IMG/VR virus record: IMGVR_UViG_3300037408_000776 | Span: 1 to 36,313 of that record | Strand: one strand, 5' to 3' | DNA: 36,313 nt | Source: a virus | Taxonomy: Duplodnaviria; Caudoviricetes | Shown: positions 35,473 to 36,313 of the stretch, piece by piece | Position numbering within the stretch: the first letter of the stretch is position 1 | Layout of the letters: each line of letters opens with the position of its first letter | Program-made: the position numbers and the translations under genes | The notes under the pieces: model-generated | Databases searched by the model: none | What the model was told of the DNA's origin: nothing | Seen by the model: the letters and a program-made list of their open reading frames with translations, nothing else

Positions 35473-35718
35473 CTAGTCCTTGTTCAGAAACGAATAATCA
35501 ATCGCGATTTTGTAAGATGAAATCTTGTCTGGATCTTCGCCTGGAATCAGCGAGTCAGTAGAGATATTGTACACCTCTTTCCCATGTCTTTGCGCCACTT
35601 TTAGGCTCTTAAACCAGCGCACAATCTTGCCTTGTTTAACGACAGCAAGTCTATACCCTGTGTCTATCGCCTCTGACAGTGTCTCCATCTGCTCAAACAA
35701 CTCGCGCATCGTTCTCAT
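35473..35718 (-). CDS. Hypothetical protein, candidate internal head protein (81 aa)
   Basis: AGGAG RBS; MRTMRELFEQMETLSEA leader; body more AT-rich than neighbours. Confidence 0.7.
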   Translation of the reverse strand: MRTMRELFEQMETLSEAIDTGYRLAVVKQGKIVRWFKSLKVAQRHGKEVYNISTDSLIPGEDPDKISSYKIAIDYSFLNKD

Positions 35719-35730
35719 GGCCTGCTCCTG

Positions 35731-36168
35731 CTACCGCGCCGCGTCGCTCGCGCTCTTGCGCACCTTGGGAAACGCTCGGTTCATCGACCGCACCGGCACC
35801 GACCCGCTGGCCGTCCAGCCCACCGCCGTCAGCACCATCTCTACCCCCGCCAGATCCGCGTCATCGGAGTCTTCCAGCGGCCCGAGGTCCACTGTCTTCA
35901 CGTACCAGAACGCAAATCCATTGCGCGTCCACCGCACATGCACGTCCACCCCGTCCAGCGGATCGTTGGGCACGATGACCAGCACCCGCACTTCACCCAC
36001 AGGGCGCTTGTTCGTCCCCAGGAGCGGCGCTTTCAGCCGGGCGGTAGAGCGAGCAGCCCCCTGGATTGGACGCGGCTGCTGGGCCTCTCGCTCGATCAGG
36101 CGACGTTCTCGCAAGATCGCACGCACGCGATCCAATACTCCCGACGCCACTGTCACACGATCCGTCAT
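35731..36168 (-). CDS. Hypothetical protein (145 aa)
   Basis: GAGGA RBS; tight operon spacing; ...DRVRAILRERRLIERE near the N-terminus. Confidence 0.7.
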   Translation of the reverse strand: MTDRVTVASGVLDRVRAILRERRLIEREAQQPRPIQGAARSTARLKAPLLGTNKRPVGEVRVLVIVPNDPLDGVDVHVRWTRNGFAFWYVKTVDLGPLEDSDDADLAGVEMVLTAVGWTASGSVPVRSMNRAFPKVRKSASDAAR

Positions 36169-36174
36169 CGTTCC

Positions 36175-36313
36175 TCACGCATCGAAATAGCCCATGAAGA
36201 AGGGCTTCCCATCGTTTGGAACCACGATGTTGTGGCGCTTCGTGTTGCGCTCCACGTACAGGTAGTTCCTGGTCGGCGCATGCTTGAAGCGCCAGTAGAC
36301 GTCCGTCATGTCC
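36175..36313 (-). CDS. 3' end of a hypothetical protein (...DVYWRFKHAPTRNYLYVERNTKRHNIVVPNDGKPFFMGYFDA)
   Basis: Open frame from the window edge to TGA at 36175-36177, directly before the next RBS. Confidence 0.6.
   Translation of the reverse strand, partial: DMTDVYWRFKHAPTRNYLYVERNTKRHNIVVPNDGKPFFMGYFDA

Noticed and set aside
1-36313. Stop-codon reassignment
   Set aside because: TAG, TGA and TAA all fall at gene boundaries followed by an RBS or overlapping start, and long genes are intact under the standard code.
1-36313. tRNA or rRNA genes, introns, IS elements
   Set aside because: Intergenic gaps are short, and no cloverleaf, transposase or homing-endonuclease motif was recognised by eye.

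Overview
GC-rich window from a large contractile-tailed (myovirus-like) phage or prophage. Almost all real genes are on the minus strand and use the standard genetic code. Read in transcription order (right to left), it contains: (i) 36.3-31.3 kb, small and medium ORFs including an Amidase_2-type endolysin and an HEXXH metallopeptidase; most share an N-terminal 'R-x-L...[LIV]-x-E' leader resembling T4 capsid-targeting/prohead-protease sites; (ii) 29.4-31.3 kb, a plus-strand island of early-type genes behind two near-identical sigma70-like promoters, each followed by a covarying leader hairpin; (iii) 29.3-18.4 kb, a ribbon-helix-helix gene, a tail chaperone with a -1 slippery site, tape measure, gp53/LysM-like wedge, hub, spike, a Pro-rich triple-repeat protein, gp25 and baseplate J; (iv) 18.4 kb to the left edge, an expanded adsorption apparatus: two paralogous anchor proteins, three tandem paralogues, and two giant modular fibres, one of which (>=1803 aa, start 5409) is missing from the ORF track because it runs off the window. 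A 16-bp palindrome, GCGAACC-YR-GGTTCGC, occurs five times, four of them within a few bases of a stop codon. Product calls come from recognised motifs and gene order only; no database search was run.
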